Source of the DNA: a virus
IMG/VR virus record: IMGVR_UViG_3300044641_002725
DNA: 64,000 nt
Direction: 5' to 3' (one strand)
Below the pieces are notes generated by a model. It saw only the letters and a list, made by a program, of their open reading frames with translations, ran no database searches and was not told the DNA's origin. The position numbers were made by a program, and so were the translations under genes. Below are positions 9,840 to 21,300 of this stretch, one piece after another; the stretch's first letter is position 1, and each line of letters starts with the position of its first letter.

Positions 9840-12800
9840 ATGGCAAATACATATCCTGGTGGCATAGATTTAGACACCAGTCCATACTTTGACGATTACG
9901 ATGAAGACAAAAAGTTCGTAAGAATTCTTTATCGTCCTGGACGTGCTGTTCAAGCTAGAGAACTTACACAATCACAATCTCTTCAACAAGTACAGACTAA
10001 ACGTTTTGCTGAATATTTTTTCAAGCAAGGTGCATTAGTTGATGGATGTGAACAAAATCTAGACTTAAATTTAAATTTCGTAAAACTTCAGACAAACTAC
10101 AATGGTAGTGAAGTTGCGGTTGCAAATTTATTGAATACAATTGTCTATGGCGCAAACAGCGGCATCAAAGCATACTGTGGATTAGTTACTGACATTGATG
10201 GTGATGATCCTAAAACATTGTTCATCAGTTATGCAACAAATGGAACTCAAGTTCTTACAGTAAACGTTGCGCCAACTACACTCACATCAGGAAATACAAT
10301 TACCTTCTCAACAGGTAATACTGCTACGATTGAGACATTTTATACAGACCCAATTTCTGGTGTAATTAAAATATTTGTTTCAAACACAAATGGAACATTA
10401 ACTGCGACAACTGCAAACACAGTATTAAGCACTGGTGCAACTCAAGTAATTAACGTAACAGCCGTTTCAGATCAAAGTGCAAATACTGCATTTGCAAACT
10501 CAGAAACTATCTTTACAGCAAATACAACATCTAGAGTGTATGCATTGGCTGCGGCAACAAATGCAGTAAGAAATGTTGTTAACGAAGGTCTTGCAACTCA
10601 ACAAATCTATAACTACGGTTCTAAGATTACTGTTTCTGAAGGTGTTGTTTATGTTGCAGATCATTTTGTTAAGCATTCTACACAAACAATTTTACTCGAC
10701 AAGTATACAAACGAACCTTCTTATAAAATTGGATTAGTTCCAAATAAATCTTTTGTTGATTACATTGAAGATCAAACTCTTGTTGACAATGCACAAGGCA
10801 CACCGAACTTTCAAGCACCGGGTGCAGACAGATTGAAGATTGATACGACTTTAACAAAAGTTGCATTGAACGAAACTACAGATGAAAATGAATTCATCAC
10901 AATCACAGAAATTGAAAATGGTATTGCTAGAAAAAGAAAATCAATTACTGTAGAAAATAAATTAGAAGAAGTTCTTGCAAAACGCACACAAGAAGAATCT
11001 GGCAATTATACTTTGTCTGATCCAATTGTCGTTGTTCGTGAGCATTTAATAAATGGCGACAATGATGGCAGATACACTTCTGCTGAAGGTGGCAATACAG
11101 ATTTACTTTTAGTTGAAGTTGATCCATTCACATCTTATGTGTCTGGTTATAGAAATCAACTTATCACAAAAACTCCAATTGAAATTGAAAAAGGTCTTAG
11201 CACTCAATACGTAGAACAAACTAAGACACAAATCAATTATGGGCAATATATTGAAGTCAAAGAAGTTGTTGGTGCATGGGACATTATGGAATCAACTACT
11301 GTTGATCTATATGATACAGCACAACAAGTTATTACAAACTTAGCACATTCAACTGCAACCGCAGCCGGAAGTGCAATCGGTACTGCAAGAGTTCGTTCTA
11401 TTGAATATGTGAGTGGTGCTAAAGGTACTGCTGATGCAAGATACTATTTGTACTTGTACGATATCGTGATGAGTGCAGGAAAGAATTTTAAAGACGTTCG
11501 TTCTATTTTTGATTCTGCGACACCAAAACGTTTTGCCGATGTTGTAACAACAGCCGCTGGTGCTGTCTTACAAGAAACGTCATTTGGCACAATGATTTTT
11601 CCATTGCCATATGAAGCAATTAAAACCGTACGTGACAATTCAGAAAACGTTGAAACTTCTTTTAGATTTAAAAAGAAATTTACTGTTTCATTTACGTCTG
11701 GTGTTGCAACAGTTGCAACTGACGTTGTTAGCGAAACGTTTGTCGGTACAGGCTTATTGAATGCAACCCAGAAAAATGATTTCTACATGGTTGTTGTTAA
11801 TAATGCTGGTGCAAACGTAGCAACTTCTGCGTTGACTGGTACTGTTACTGTAGGTGCCGCCAATACTGTCGTTATTGGAAGTGGAACTTCTTTTAATACA
11901 CAGTTAAATGTTGGTGATTTAATCACTATCAATTCTTTAACAAGATCGGTCGCAAATATTGCATCGGCCACCGTATTAACTCTATCGACTGCACACACGA
12001 CTGGTTCTACCGCAAACACATTCACTAAAACCCTTGCAACAGGAACAATTCTATCGCTTTCTGGCAATGGTGGTTCAGGAGCCACACGAACAGTTAATGT
12101 TACTTCTCCAGGAACAGTAGCAATTGATGTTAAAGAGAATGCAACATTTACTGCTGATGTTATTGTCTCTATGGACAGAGCAAATTCAAAAGAAAAAGTT
12201 AAAACATTAAATTTTCAAACGCAAGCAAACATCAATCCAAATACGCACATTAGTGGGCTGTCTGGACCATTTGGTTTAGGTGTTGGTGATATCTATCAAT
12301 TACACGCTGTTTATCAATCATCATCATTCGCCATTGCCGCTACTACAGCAAACACAGACGTTACTGCAAATTATATATTAGATAATGGACAACGTGACTA
12401 TGCATACGAACATGGAACAATTACACCAATTACTGGTTATGTTCCAACAGGTAGATTGTTAGCAGTCTTTGACAACTTTGTACACGACACATCTCAGGGT
12501 GTTGGATATACATCAGTTAATTCTTATCCAGTTGATGATAATGCAACATCAAATACTACAATCACAACTGCTGACATTCCTGTATTCACTAGTCCTACGA
12601 CTAAGAAAGTTTTTAAACTTCGTGACTCTATTGATTTCAGACCAATCAAAACTGCAAACACATCATTGAATCCAATTGATGTTGGCACATATGAAGTTCC
12701 AACATTCGGTCTTCGTGTTCCAGAATCTGGTTCAGACTTTGATGCAGATTTAATCTACTACAAAGGTAGAATTTCTAAAGTATACATTAATAACGCTGGT

Positions 12801-15800
12801 GTGTTCGGTATCAATGATGGTGTTCCAGCACAAGCTGGTAATCAGAGAGCAGAATCTCCACCAACTAAACCTGATACATTAGAAATCGCAGAATTAACTA
12901 TTCCACCATATCCTTCTTTACCGTCAGAAGTAAAAATCAAATTGTTGAAAAACAAACGATTCACTATGCGTGACGTTGCAAGAATAAATGAGAGACTTGA
13001 AAGACTAGAGTATTTTACTGCATTGAGTTTCTTAGAAAAACAAGCGACTGATACAACAGAATTAGACAATGATGGATTAGACAGATTCAAAAATGGTATT
13101 CTTGTTGACCCATTTACAGGTTGGGCTGTAGCATCTACATCTAGTGATGGTAAAGATTGTGCAATTGATAAGAAGAACAAATTGTTGACATGTTTACAAG
13201 ACAACGCAAACACAGTTGGTCTTCGTTATTCTACTACAGCACCCGCTCTTTCAACAACAACTATAAATTCTGGCAACAAAATTATGTTGCCGTTTGCTGA
13301 AGTTGAAGCAAAGGGATTAAAACAAGATAAAGCATCTAGACAATTAAGACTTGCTGAAGAATTAAACTTTGTTTGGACTGGTGATTTAATCGCTGTACCA
13401 TTTACAGACAATTTCTTTGACACTACAAACGATCCTACAAAAGCAGTTGTTTACAATGATGACCAAGGTGCAGACAACTGGAAAGCATTAGTGAGTGCAT
13501 GGAACACAGAAGTTGCACCATTAAATCAAAAATGGATTGGTGGCACAACGCAAACTGCAATCGTTGCTGGAACAAATCAAACAGCACAAGTTGGTAATTT
13601 CAACGTTACTACTGCACTACAGCAAACGACACAAGAAGCATTTAATCAATTAGCGGCAGGCAATCAAACAACATCTTCTACACAAGATGTTAAGTTTGAT
13701 AGAGTTGTTCAAGTTGAAGCCGCACTCAGAATGCGTCCTCGTGACTTTGTTATTCAAGCTACAGGATTAAAAAATAATTCTAGAGTTTATGCATTCTTTG
13801 ATGGTGTAAACGTTACCGCAAATTGCTTTCAAATTTCATTGTTCGGTAATACTACAGTACAATCATTAAACGACTTGATGAACAGCGCAGGTCAACTGAC
13901 TGGCAATAGTGCAAGCACTTGGGAAGCTACTGCTAATGGTGCTACACAACCACTCATTGTTAAAAACAATCAAATTATATTATTGTTTGAAGTTCCAGCT
14001 GGTAAATTTTTTACAGGACAACGTGAATTCAAAGTTACAGACAGTCCTACAAATTCTGAGGGAACAACATTAACTAGTGCAAGAAATACAATTTTTTCAC
14101 AGGGAATTTTACAAAAAACTGGTTCATTTACAATCAACTCTCGCCCATTTAACGTAACATTTAATAGCACAAACAATATTAAATCGTTAGGTCGAAAAGT
14201 TATTTCTGAACAGAGAGTTGAAATAGCCAGGTCTGAAATTCCACCACCACCGCCACCAAGAAATTGGGATCCATTGTCTCAAAGTTTCTTTGTTGATCCA
14301 GATACATTCACAAAAGGATTCTATTTAACTTCTATTGATCTTTTCTTCAGAACAAAATCGCAAGAAGACACTAGAAATGTTAGAGTTGAAGTTCGTGAAA
14401 TGGAAAATGGATTTCCATCTGCACAATTTATTAGCGAAACTGATAGCGCAGTTGTCAACAATAGAAACATTTTAATTAGTGAAGATGCATCTAAGGCAAC
14501 TAAATTTACATTTAAGAATCCTATCTATTTGAGTCCTGGTAATGATTACTGTTTCACCGTTAAACCTGAAAACAATGATCCAGATTACGCAATTTGGGTT
14601 GCTGAATTAGGTGCAATTGACATTACTAATCCAGACAGACAGACTAGAATTGAAAGTGCATACAATAGTGGAATTTTGTTCACATCTTCAAATGATAAGA
14701 CATGGACAACAAAACAAAACATTGATATGAAATTTACAATGAGAGTTGCTGAATTTAATACTTCAGAGAAAGTTGCATTCTGGGCTAATATTCCACAAAC
14801 AACTGCATTTACTTATGATGCATTGACTCCAGCTATTAGCGATCAAATTCTTCCTGAAACAAGCATTACTTATGATATCAAGACTGCTGACAGTTCATTT
14901 ACAGTTGATTCTGATTATACTACAGTTAAAAACTATGAAAGATTGGTGTTACGTTCTAGAAAACAAATTTCTAATACCGCTTCAGAAACATCAAGCGCAT
15001 TTAAATCTTTGCAAGTAAAAGCAACATTGTCTACAGCTAATAAGTTTATTACTCCATACATCGACAATGAAAATATTAGATTTCACTTTGATAAAAATAT
15101 CATTAACAATTCAGATAGCACGGCCGTAACAGGAACAGTCGAATATAGTTCTGGCAATAATATTGTTATTGGTACTGGTACAACTTTTACGACACAAGTA
15201 TTCCCTGGTGAATACGCATACTTTGGTGACGAATACCGCAGAGTTTCTTCGGTAACAAGTAACACAGTTTTGACTGTTATAAACAACTTTACCACGTCAA
15301 ATGCAGTCAGTCAAGCAATGACAACTCGCAATGAAGAAAATCCAACTGGACCATATTCTTCACAGTCTAGATACATTACTAAAGTTGTGACGTTGAATGA
15401 CGGATTTGAAGCGGCTGATCTAGTCACTTATTTAAGAATCAATCGTCCACCAGGAACTTCAATTAAAGTTTATGCTAAGTTATTGAATGAGAATGACTCA
15501 GACGCATTTGATGATAAATTCTATACTCCTATGGAATTAGTTGGAACAGAAACGTTCACACTCAATCAAAATGAGTACAAAGAAGAAAAGTATGTTGTTC
15601 CGTCTGTAGCTAAAACTGGTGGTTCTGAATTGCTTACTGGTACAGTTGCAGTTTCTGACGTATCAACAACAGTTACTGGCACATCTACTCGCTTCATTGA
15701 AGACTTGAAGATTGGTGACACAATTGCTGTCGGTACAGCTAGAACAGAACGTGTGGTTTCTACGATTGCAAACAATACATCATTGACAGTTGAATCTGCA

Positions 15801-15983
15801 TTCACTACAGTTGCTTCTACGCAAGACGTTTTCCGTGTTCTAAATAACACAGTTGCATATACGACACCTGATGGAAGAACATTCCAAGGCTACAAACAAT
15901 TCGCAATTAAGATTGTTTTCTTGTCTAGCAATCCAAGTTTTGCACCAAAGATCAAAGATTTACGAGGCATAGCATTAGCATGA
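9840..15983 (+). CDS. Large virion structural protein (DUF4815/VrlC-like)
   Basis: PYFDDYDEDKKFVRILYRPGRAVQARELTQ, APGADRLKI, RFKNGILVDPF, DPLSQSF, PKIKDLRGIALA; follows gp8. Confidence 0.85.
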   Translation: MANTYPGGIDLDTSPYFDDYDEDKKFVRILYRPGRAVQARELTQSQSLQQVQTKRFAEYFFKQGALVDGCEQNLDLNLNFVKLQTNYNGSEVAVANLLNTIVYGANSGIKAYCGLVTDIDGDDPKTLFISYATNGTQVLTVNVAPTTLTSGNTITFSTGNTATIETFYTDPISGVIKIFVSNTNGTLTATTANTVLSTGATQVINVTAVSDQSANTAFANSETIFTANTTSRVYALAAATNAVRNVVNEGLATQQIYNYGSKITVSEGVVYVADHFVKHSTQTILLDKYTNEPSYKIGLVPNKSFVDYIEDQTLVDNAQGTPNFQAPGADRLKIDTTLTKVALNETTDENEFITITEIENGIARKRKSITVENKLEEVLAKRTQEESGNYTLSDPIVVVREHLINGDNDGRYTSAEGGNTDLLLVEVDPFTSYVSGYRNQLITKTPIEIEKGLSTQYVEQTKTQINYGQYIEVKEVVGAWDIMESTTVDLYDTAQQVITNLAHSTATAAGSAIGTARVRSIEYVSGAKGTADARYYLYLYDIVMSAGKNFKDVRSIFDSATPKRFADVVTTAAGAVLQETSFGTMIFPLPYEAIKTVRDNSENVETSFRFKKKFTVSFTSGVATVATDVVSETFVGTGLLNATQKNDFYMVVVNNAGANVATSALTGTVTVGAANTVVIGSGTSFNTQLNVGDLITINSLTRSVANIASATVLTLSTAHTTGSTANTFTKTLATGTILSLSGNGGSGATRTVNVTSPGTVAIDVKENATFTADVIVSMDRANSKEKVKTLNFQTQANINPNTHISGLSGPFGLGVGDIYQLHAVYQSSSFAIAATTANTDVTANYILDNGQRDYAYEHGTITPITGYVPTGRLLAVFDNFVHDTSQGVGYTSVNSYPVDDNATSNTTITTADIPVFTSPTTKKVFKLRDSIDFRPIKTANTSLNPIDVGTYEVPTFGLRVPESGSDFDADLIYYKGRISKVYINNAGVFGINDGVPAQAGNQRAESPPTKPDTLEIAELTIPPYPSLPSEVKIKLLKNKRFTMRDVARINERLERLEYFTALSFLEKQATDTTELDNDGLDRFKNGILVDPFTGWAVASTSSDGKDCAIDKKNKLLTCLQDNANTVGLRYSTTAPALSTTTINSGNKIMLPFAEVEAKGLKQDKASRQLRLAEELNFVWTGDLIAVPFTDNFFDTTNDPTKAVVYNDDQGADNWKALVSAWNTEVAPLNQKWIGGTTQTAIVAGTNQTAQVGNFNVTTALQQTTQEAFNQLAAGNQTTSSTQDVKFDRVVQVEAALRMRPRDFVIQATGLKNNSRVYAFFDGVNVTANCFQISLFGNTTVQSLNDLMNSAGQLTGNSASTWEATANGATQPLIVKNNQIILLFEVPAGKFFTGQREFKVTDSPTNSEGTTLTSARNTIFSQGILQKTGSFTINSRPFNVTFNSTNNIKSLGRKVISEQRVEIARSEIPPPPPPRNWDPLSQSFFVDPDTFTKGFYLTSIDLFFRTKSQEDTRNVRVEVREMENGFPSAQFISETDSAVVNNRNILISEDASKATKFTFKNPIYLSPGNDYCFTVKPENNDPDYAIWVAELGAIDITNPDRQTRIESAYNSGILFTSSNDKTWTTKQNIDMKFTMRVAEFNTSEKVAFWANIPQTTAFTYDALTPAISDQILPETSITYDIKTADSSFTVDSDYTTVKNYERLVLRSRKQISNTASETSSAFKSLQVKATLSTANKFITPYIDNENIRFHFDKNIINNSDSTAVTGTVEYSSGNNIVIGTGTTFTTQVFPGEYAYFGDEYRRVSSVTSNTVLTVINNFTTSNAVSQAMTTRNEENPTGPYSSQSRYITKVVTLNDGFEAADLVTYLRINRPPGTSIKVYAKLLNENDSDAFDDKFYTPMELVGTETFTLNQNEYKEEKYVVPSVAKTGGSELLTGTVAVSDVSTTVTGTSTRFIEDLKIGDTIAVGTARTERVVSTIANNTSLTVESAFTTVASTQDVFRVLNNTVAYTTPDGRTFQGYKQFAIKIVFLSSNPSFAPKIKDLRGIALA

Positions 15984-16231
15984 TAGTAGAAAAGATTTTA
16001 ATTGCTGAACCCGTTCGTGGATTCACCGAAAGGGATAAAAACTCTAAAGCCATCTTGAATACGGATGTAGACTCGCTTTTGAAATATAAAATTCAAAAAC
16101 GCAAAGCATCAGAACTAAATAAGAATGCCAACGACATAAATGTTCTAAGGTCTGAAGTAGTTCAAATCAAGTCGGATTTGAGTGAAATTAAAAGCATGTT
16201 ATTGCAAATAACTAATAATAACAGAAGATAA
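15980..16231 (+). CDS. Conserved small coiled-coil protein following the DUF4815 gene
   Basis: RDKNSKAILNTD...SEIKSMLLQI; ATGA coupling to the upstream gene. Confidence 0.65.
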   Translation: MIVEKILIAEPVRGFTERDKNSKAILNTDVDSLLKYKIQKRKASELNKNANDINVLRSEVVQIKSDLSEIKSMLLQITNNNRR

Positions 16232-16235
16232 AAAA

Positions 16236-17573
16236 ATGACAATTAATAGTGTAATTTTAGCAAATACGTTTAATGAGTTTAGATCGACCGTTAATGAAGT
16301 CATTACGACCGTTAATGCTGGATTCGGCGTATCAGCAGGCACTGGTACGGGACTAACATCTGGAAGAGTTGTTCTTGGTGGCGCATCAGGCTCATTCACA
16401 GACGATTCTGAACTCACGTATGATACAAGCACAAACGTACTAACGCTTGGTGGAACAACAGATGCAACTGCGGCTAATAATGGAACTCTTGTTGTCGCTG
16501 GTGGTGTTGGTATCGCTAAAAAGTTATATGTTGGAACAGACTTAAGAGTAACTGGAATAACAACATTTGAAGGTAACGTATTTTTCTTAGGTTCAAATAC
16601 TTCAATCTCTACTGTTAATATTGAAGTCAATGATCCAATGCTTCATTTAGCCAATAACAATGTATCAGACGCAGTTGATATTGGTTTTCATGGACAATAT
16701 AATCAAGGTGGTGCCAACTTACACTCTGGTTTTTTCAGAGATGCTTCAGATGATACTTGGAAGCTATTCAGAAATTACAACATTGAACCAGCGCCAGCAA
16801 TTGATATTACTGCTAACGGGTTTGCATGGGCAAACTTAGCTATTGGCGGACTTACGGCTGCCAACAGTATCAATATTGGACCAGGACAAACATACAAGAT
16901 TAATACTGTTGACGTTTTAAGCGCAACGGCATTAGGGTCTTCAGTTGTCACATCGTCACTCACATCAACTGGCACAATTACTTCAGGCACATGGTCTGGT
17001 TCTTTCGGTGCAGTTAGCGGTGCAAACTTAACTTCATTAAACGCAAACAACATTGCAACAGGAACAGTAGCGCCAGCAAGACTTGCTTCAGGCACAGCAG
17101 ACGCTACTACATTCTTGCGTGGTGACAGCACTTGGGCATCAGCGGCTGTTTCAATTACAGATAACACAGCAACAAATTCAACATTCTTTCCAGTATTTAC
17201 TAGTGTAACATCTGGATCAATTGTTGGTGCGAATACATCATCTACAAAATTAACTTTCAATCCAAGTTCTGGATTGTTAACGTCAACTGATTACAATTCA
17301 TCTTCTGATGTGACATTAAAAGAAAACTTTACAGAGATTGTAAATCCATTAGACATTATATCTCAACTTGACGGATTTGGATTTAGTTGGAAAGACACAA
17401 AAGAAAAATCTTATGGGCTGTCAGCGCAACAAGTCGAGACAGTACTTCCTGAAATCGTTAGGGTTCGTCCTGATGGCACAAAAGGTATTAATTATTTGAA
17501 TTTGATTGCCTTTTTAGTAGAAGGAATTAAAGATTTAAAAGAAGAAGTTCGCCAACTCAAGTCTTATAAATAA
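16236..17573 (+). CDS. Tail fibre protein with C-terminal intramolecular chaperone (peptidase S74-like)
   Basis: G/T/S-rich fibre body; C-terminal SDVTLKENF...YGLSAQQVETVLPEIV...INYLNLIAFLVEGIKDL. Confidence 0.85.
   Translation: MTINSVILANTFNEFRSTVNEVITTVNAGFGVSAGTGTGLTSGRVVLGGASGSFTDDSELTYDTSTNVLTLGGTTDATAANNGTLVVAGGVGIAKKLYVGTDLRVTGITTFEGNVFFLGSNTSISTVNIEVNDPMLHLANNNVSDAVDIGFHGQYNQGGANLHSGFFRDASDDTWKLFRNYNIEPAPAIDITANGFAWANLAIGGLTAANSINIGPGQTYKINTVDVLSATALGSSVVTSSLTSTGTITSGTWSGSFGAVSGANLTSLNANNIATGTVAPARLASGTADATTFLRGDSTWASAAVSITDNTATNSTFFPVFTSVTSGSIVGANTSSTKLTFNPSSGLLTSTDYNSSSDVTLKENFTEIVNPLDIISQLDGFGFSWKDTKEKSYGLSAQQVETVLPEIVRVRPDGTKGINYLNLIAFLVEGIKDLKEEVRQLKSYK
17565..17572 (+). promoter_or_regulatory. 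T4-type late promoter
   Basis: TATAAATA upstream of the 17599 ORF. Confidence 0.65.
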
Positions 17574-17598
17574 GATAAGTTGACACAAAGGATAAAAA

Positions 17599-18276
17599 AT
17601 GGCAATTAAAGTCGGCAGTTGTACAGTCATTGATGACACAAGAAATCTAGCAAACGTATGCTCTATTTCATTGGTGTCTGGTGGGCAAGGAACAACAGGG
17701 CAAGTTTTAAAATCCCAAGGCACAGGGCAACCCTCAACTTGGGGTGCAGTTGATGCTATTACCAATTATGCGTATGATAGCAGAAATGACCTTAGAGCCA
17801 CAACACCAACAAACGGATCACAAGCATTCGTAGAAAATTTAGGATACTTTTCATTCAGTTTGGCTTCCGATGAACCAGATGACGATGAAACATCATTCAG
17901 AACATCAAATGGTGCTTGGCTTCTCTCTGCACCTATTTGGGATACAATTGAAGCATTCAATGCCTTTGAACCAAATGGCGGAAACTACAGCCTTGAAGTT
18001 GTGAATCAATTTGCTGGTGTTTCACCTTGTACATTTGCATGTCAATGTGTTTCTCTGCCAGGTGCAGTTCAAAGCGATGTTGTAGAAATATATGCAGTAT
18101 GTGGCGGATCTTTTGGTGGTCAAGTCTTTATGCGATATTGTGATCCGGCGTGGTGTATTGTTGCGTGGGGCGGCCCATCTGTTTGTGCAAGCGGTCCATG
18201 TAGCCCATCTGCAAGCATATGCGGAACTTGCTATGCAAACGTATGCAAGTGGAAAATTCATGTTCAGAAGGTATAA
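17599..18276 (+). CDS. Tail fibre-associated protein with Cys-rich C-terminus
   Basis: Fibre-type N-terminus MAIKVGSCTVIDDTRNL and GTTGQVLKSQGTG motif; 13 Cys, 11 of them in the last ~85 aa. Confidence 0.65.
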   Translation: MAIKVGSCTVIDDTRNLANVCSISLVSGGQGTTGQVLKSQGTGQPSTWGAVDAITNYAYDSRNDLRATTPTNGSQAFVENLGYFSFSLASDEPDDDETSFRTSNGAWLLSAPIWDTIEAFNAFEPNGGNYSLEVVNQFAGVSPCTFACQCVSLPGAVQSDVVEIYAVCGGSFGGQVFMRYCDPAWCIVAWGGPSVCASGPCSPSASICGTCYANVCKWKIHVQKV

Positions 18277-18293
18277 ATAGATGACTATAAATA
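18272..18293 (+). promoter_or_regulatory. Tandem pair of T4-type late promoters
   Basis: TATAAATA at 18272-18279 and 18286-18293, directly upstream of the Cys-rich gene. Confidence 0.75.
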
Positions 18294-18324
18294 GAATACT
18301 AGAAATAATCAAGGGGAGAACACC

Positions 18325-21300
18325 ATGCCAGTGGTAAGAGGTATACGAGTTTTAAATGCAATATCGACAGGGAATACAACACCCGGCTGTCTTGATACTT
18401 TGCTATCCGATGGTGGACGATTAGCCGATGTAACACAGGTGCTAAGTTCTCCACAATATTCATGTGCGTTGGCGCAATCAAATACTGCGGCACACACTCT
18501 AGTTCGTTCTAATAATGCGATGACTGCATTGTTTGCAAATCCAATTGGATCATGCATATTCTATCAAACTACTAATAGTAGAGATGATATGTTGGGGTCT
18601 TCTTGTTACTACAACTACATGATGAGTTTTTCAACACCAGAGGCAACTAATGCGTTCAATCACTTTGGTAATACACCATGTATGATTAACTGTGCATTTG
18701 CTAGTAACACAGCATTTTTAGCTACCGCAGTATCATCAAACTCAGATATTACTAAGATGTTAACGTGCAATTCGTGTGTATCTGCATGTTTTAGAGGTAC
18801 TGCATGTTCAATAAAAGAAGCCGTTGGAACTGCAGGTCGTGCGGCATTTTGGTTAAGTGATGCAACTGCACTTGGTTGTTTGACTGCATCTGGTTTAAGT
18901 ACTGCACTTTGCACCAGCGGATTTACAGACACTCTCAATAGAGATGTTGCATGTGTGATGTGTACTGCGGCTTTTCAATGTTGTATTTTCGCTCTGTCCG
19001 AGCCAGCAAATACATACACTAGATTAGTGTGTGCAACAAACGAAATTATCACTAAAGGCGCATGTGGCGAAAACGAAACAAGCTGTAATTTTGCTAGATG
19101 GTCTAATACTTCCTTTGGTATTTGTTGTATGGCTAAATTTCTTGAGTCAGGAAATACGTATTTCATGGATTGCTTCGCTTCTTTTGGTAGCAATAGACAA
19201 AGAGCATGTCTTTTTTGCTTTTGTACCACATTGACTGGTTCAAACCCCATATGTCCTTGCGGCAGCCTCGGATCTGGCCTCGAGCAATATGGGCACCGTA
19301 TAATCAAGTCCGACGTTATCGGTCGTGGATGCTATGTCGAAAACGATCCTAATGCTCCACATTTATATTTTCCATGCGGTGGGTTTAGACAATGTCCAAT
19401 GACAATTGCAAATGGATCTCAACTTTCAAATACTGAAGTAGAATATCTAGGTCGATTCATCAAGTGTAACTATAACGTTATTACACACGCAGACTGTAGA
19501 TTTACGATGATTTCTCCAGGATTCTGGAATCAAAGTAGTGCTATTGCATGTTTTAGAACTTGCTATACATGTTCTTTGGACAGAACAACTGCAAACACAT
19601 CTGGTTTGACATTGAATTGTGGATTGTATTATACAACAGACAATGCGGCTACATTCAATCGCCTTTGTGTGCCTCTTCCAGCATGTATTTTCCAACAACT
19701 TTGTGGAAATGTTTGCTGTCAATTTACAGTTAGATATGCGTTAAGTACTTTTGCATGTTGCAACTACGTATACACTGGTTGGATTATTACTGATTGCGCT
19801 ACTAATAATGGTGCCTCTGGTGTCTGTGGTCCAGCATATTTCAAAACTGGGCACTCAAGAATGTGTCTGTTTGCCAACAGTCAACCAAATACTGCATCTT
19901 GGACTCACTTTCCAGATGTTCCGTTGCCATTCTATACAGTTGCATTCTGTGATGAGTACTTTGCTGGCGTAAGCCCAATGAGAACTGATGGATATCAAAC
20001 CACATTAGGAATTGAAAATCAATTATGTTGCCAAGAAGCTGGGCAATATGCTATGATGTTCTCTTTTGGTAAAGTTGGAGGTTGCGTTAGAATTAGTTGC
20101 GACCATTTTGTTCGAAATACACCTGCTGGTTTAGCATGTTTTACTCCATGTACATGCTGTAATGCATGTCTGTCATTGCCAGCGGCCACACATTGTATTT
20201 ACGGCAGATGTTATGAAGATTATTTTCAAGGGCATGGATCAGGAACGCTTCCATACTGTCTGTGCCAGGCTCCTCACGTTACCTGCACAGACACATGTTC
20301 GATCCTGAGACACATGATTAACCCAACTGCGGCATCTCACACATTAATTTATAAAAACCCAAACAATCAAGCGGATTCTAAAGCATTCCTTGTTGGCTGG
20401 AGATCATTTGCAATGTTATATGGCGGTACCGCTGGTGGCTCCATCGCCACTTGCACGATGCTAGGTGCCCGAGACCAATTCCATTATTACAATTGTTGTA
20501 CATGCCGTGGCCAAGCCGAAGGCACAGTAGGCGGCTGTGGATATTTTAGAAATACACCTGGTGTGAACGTCTGGTGCTATGGCTCTCAAGCAAATAATAC
20601 AATGCAAGGAACAGAACTTGATTGTACTAACGCTTTAGCGATTGGTGGTAGTGCATGTTCTTGGACAAACTTTACTTTTGCAAATGCTAAAATAATTGGA
20701 TGTAGACTTGTGTTATCTGGAGCATATCCTCCAGTAATGACTATGTGTGCATGTTGTGCCAGTTGTGACGGTACCTCTGGTAGCACCGCCGTAGGCACAT
20801 CAGAAGGCGCTCACATTGGAGGGAATTTTGGATGCCAAAACGCATTAGGACAAACCGGACACACAACAGTATTTAATACAGATGGTGTTGTTGGAACAAT
20901 TGTGTGCTGTTTTGAGTCTATGTATCATCAAACTCCAAATAGTAGAGGCTACGATAGTACAATATGTAATCAAGTTTTTCATTGCTCTTATTGTTCTGGC
21001 AGATGTTTTTGTTGTAATTCAGGAGTTTGCCAGTGCATGGGACATGCTGGACAGCGCCATCACTTTGCGGCCGCAATTCTTTCCGATGAAGCTGGCTTGA
21101 AGACAGTTAATTTTTATGGTTCATCAAATTCAGTATATTCAGTCCCAGCATTTCCTAACATGCCTCCAATGATTGCATGTAGGCCTAATTGTGCTCATGC
21201 CGATTATCAGAACACTACTTGCTATGTTTCTCCGGCACCTACTGGCAGTAATATTGTTAGATCAGACAAGAGTATATTTTGTGTTATAGATATAGGTGAT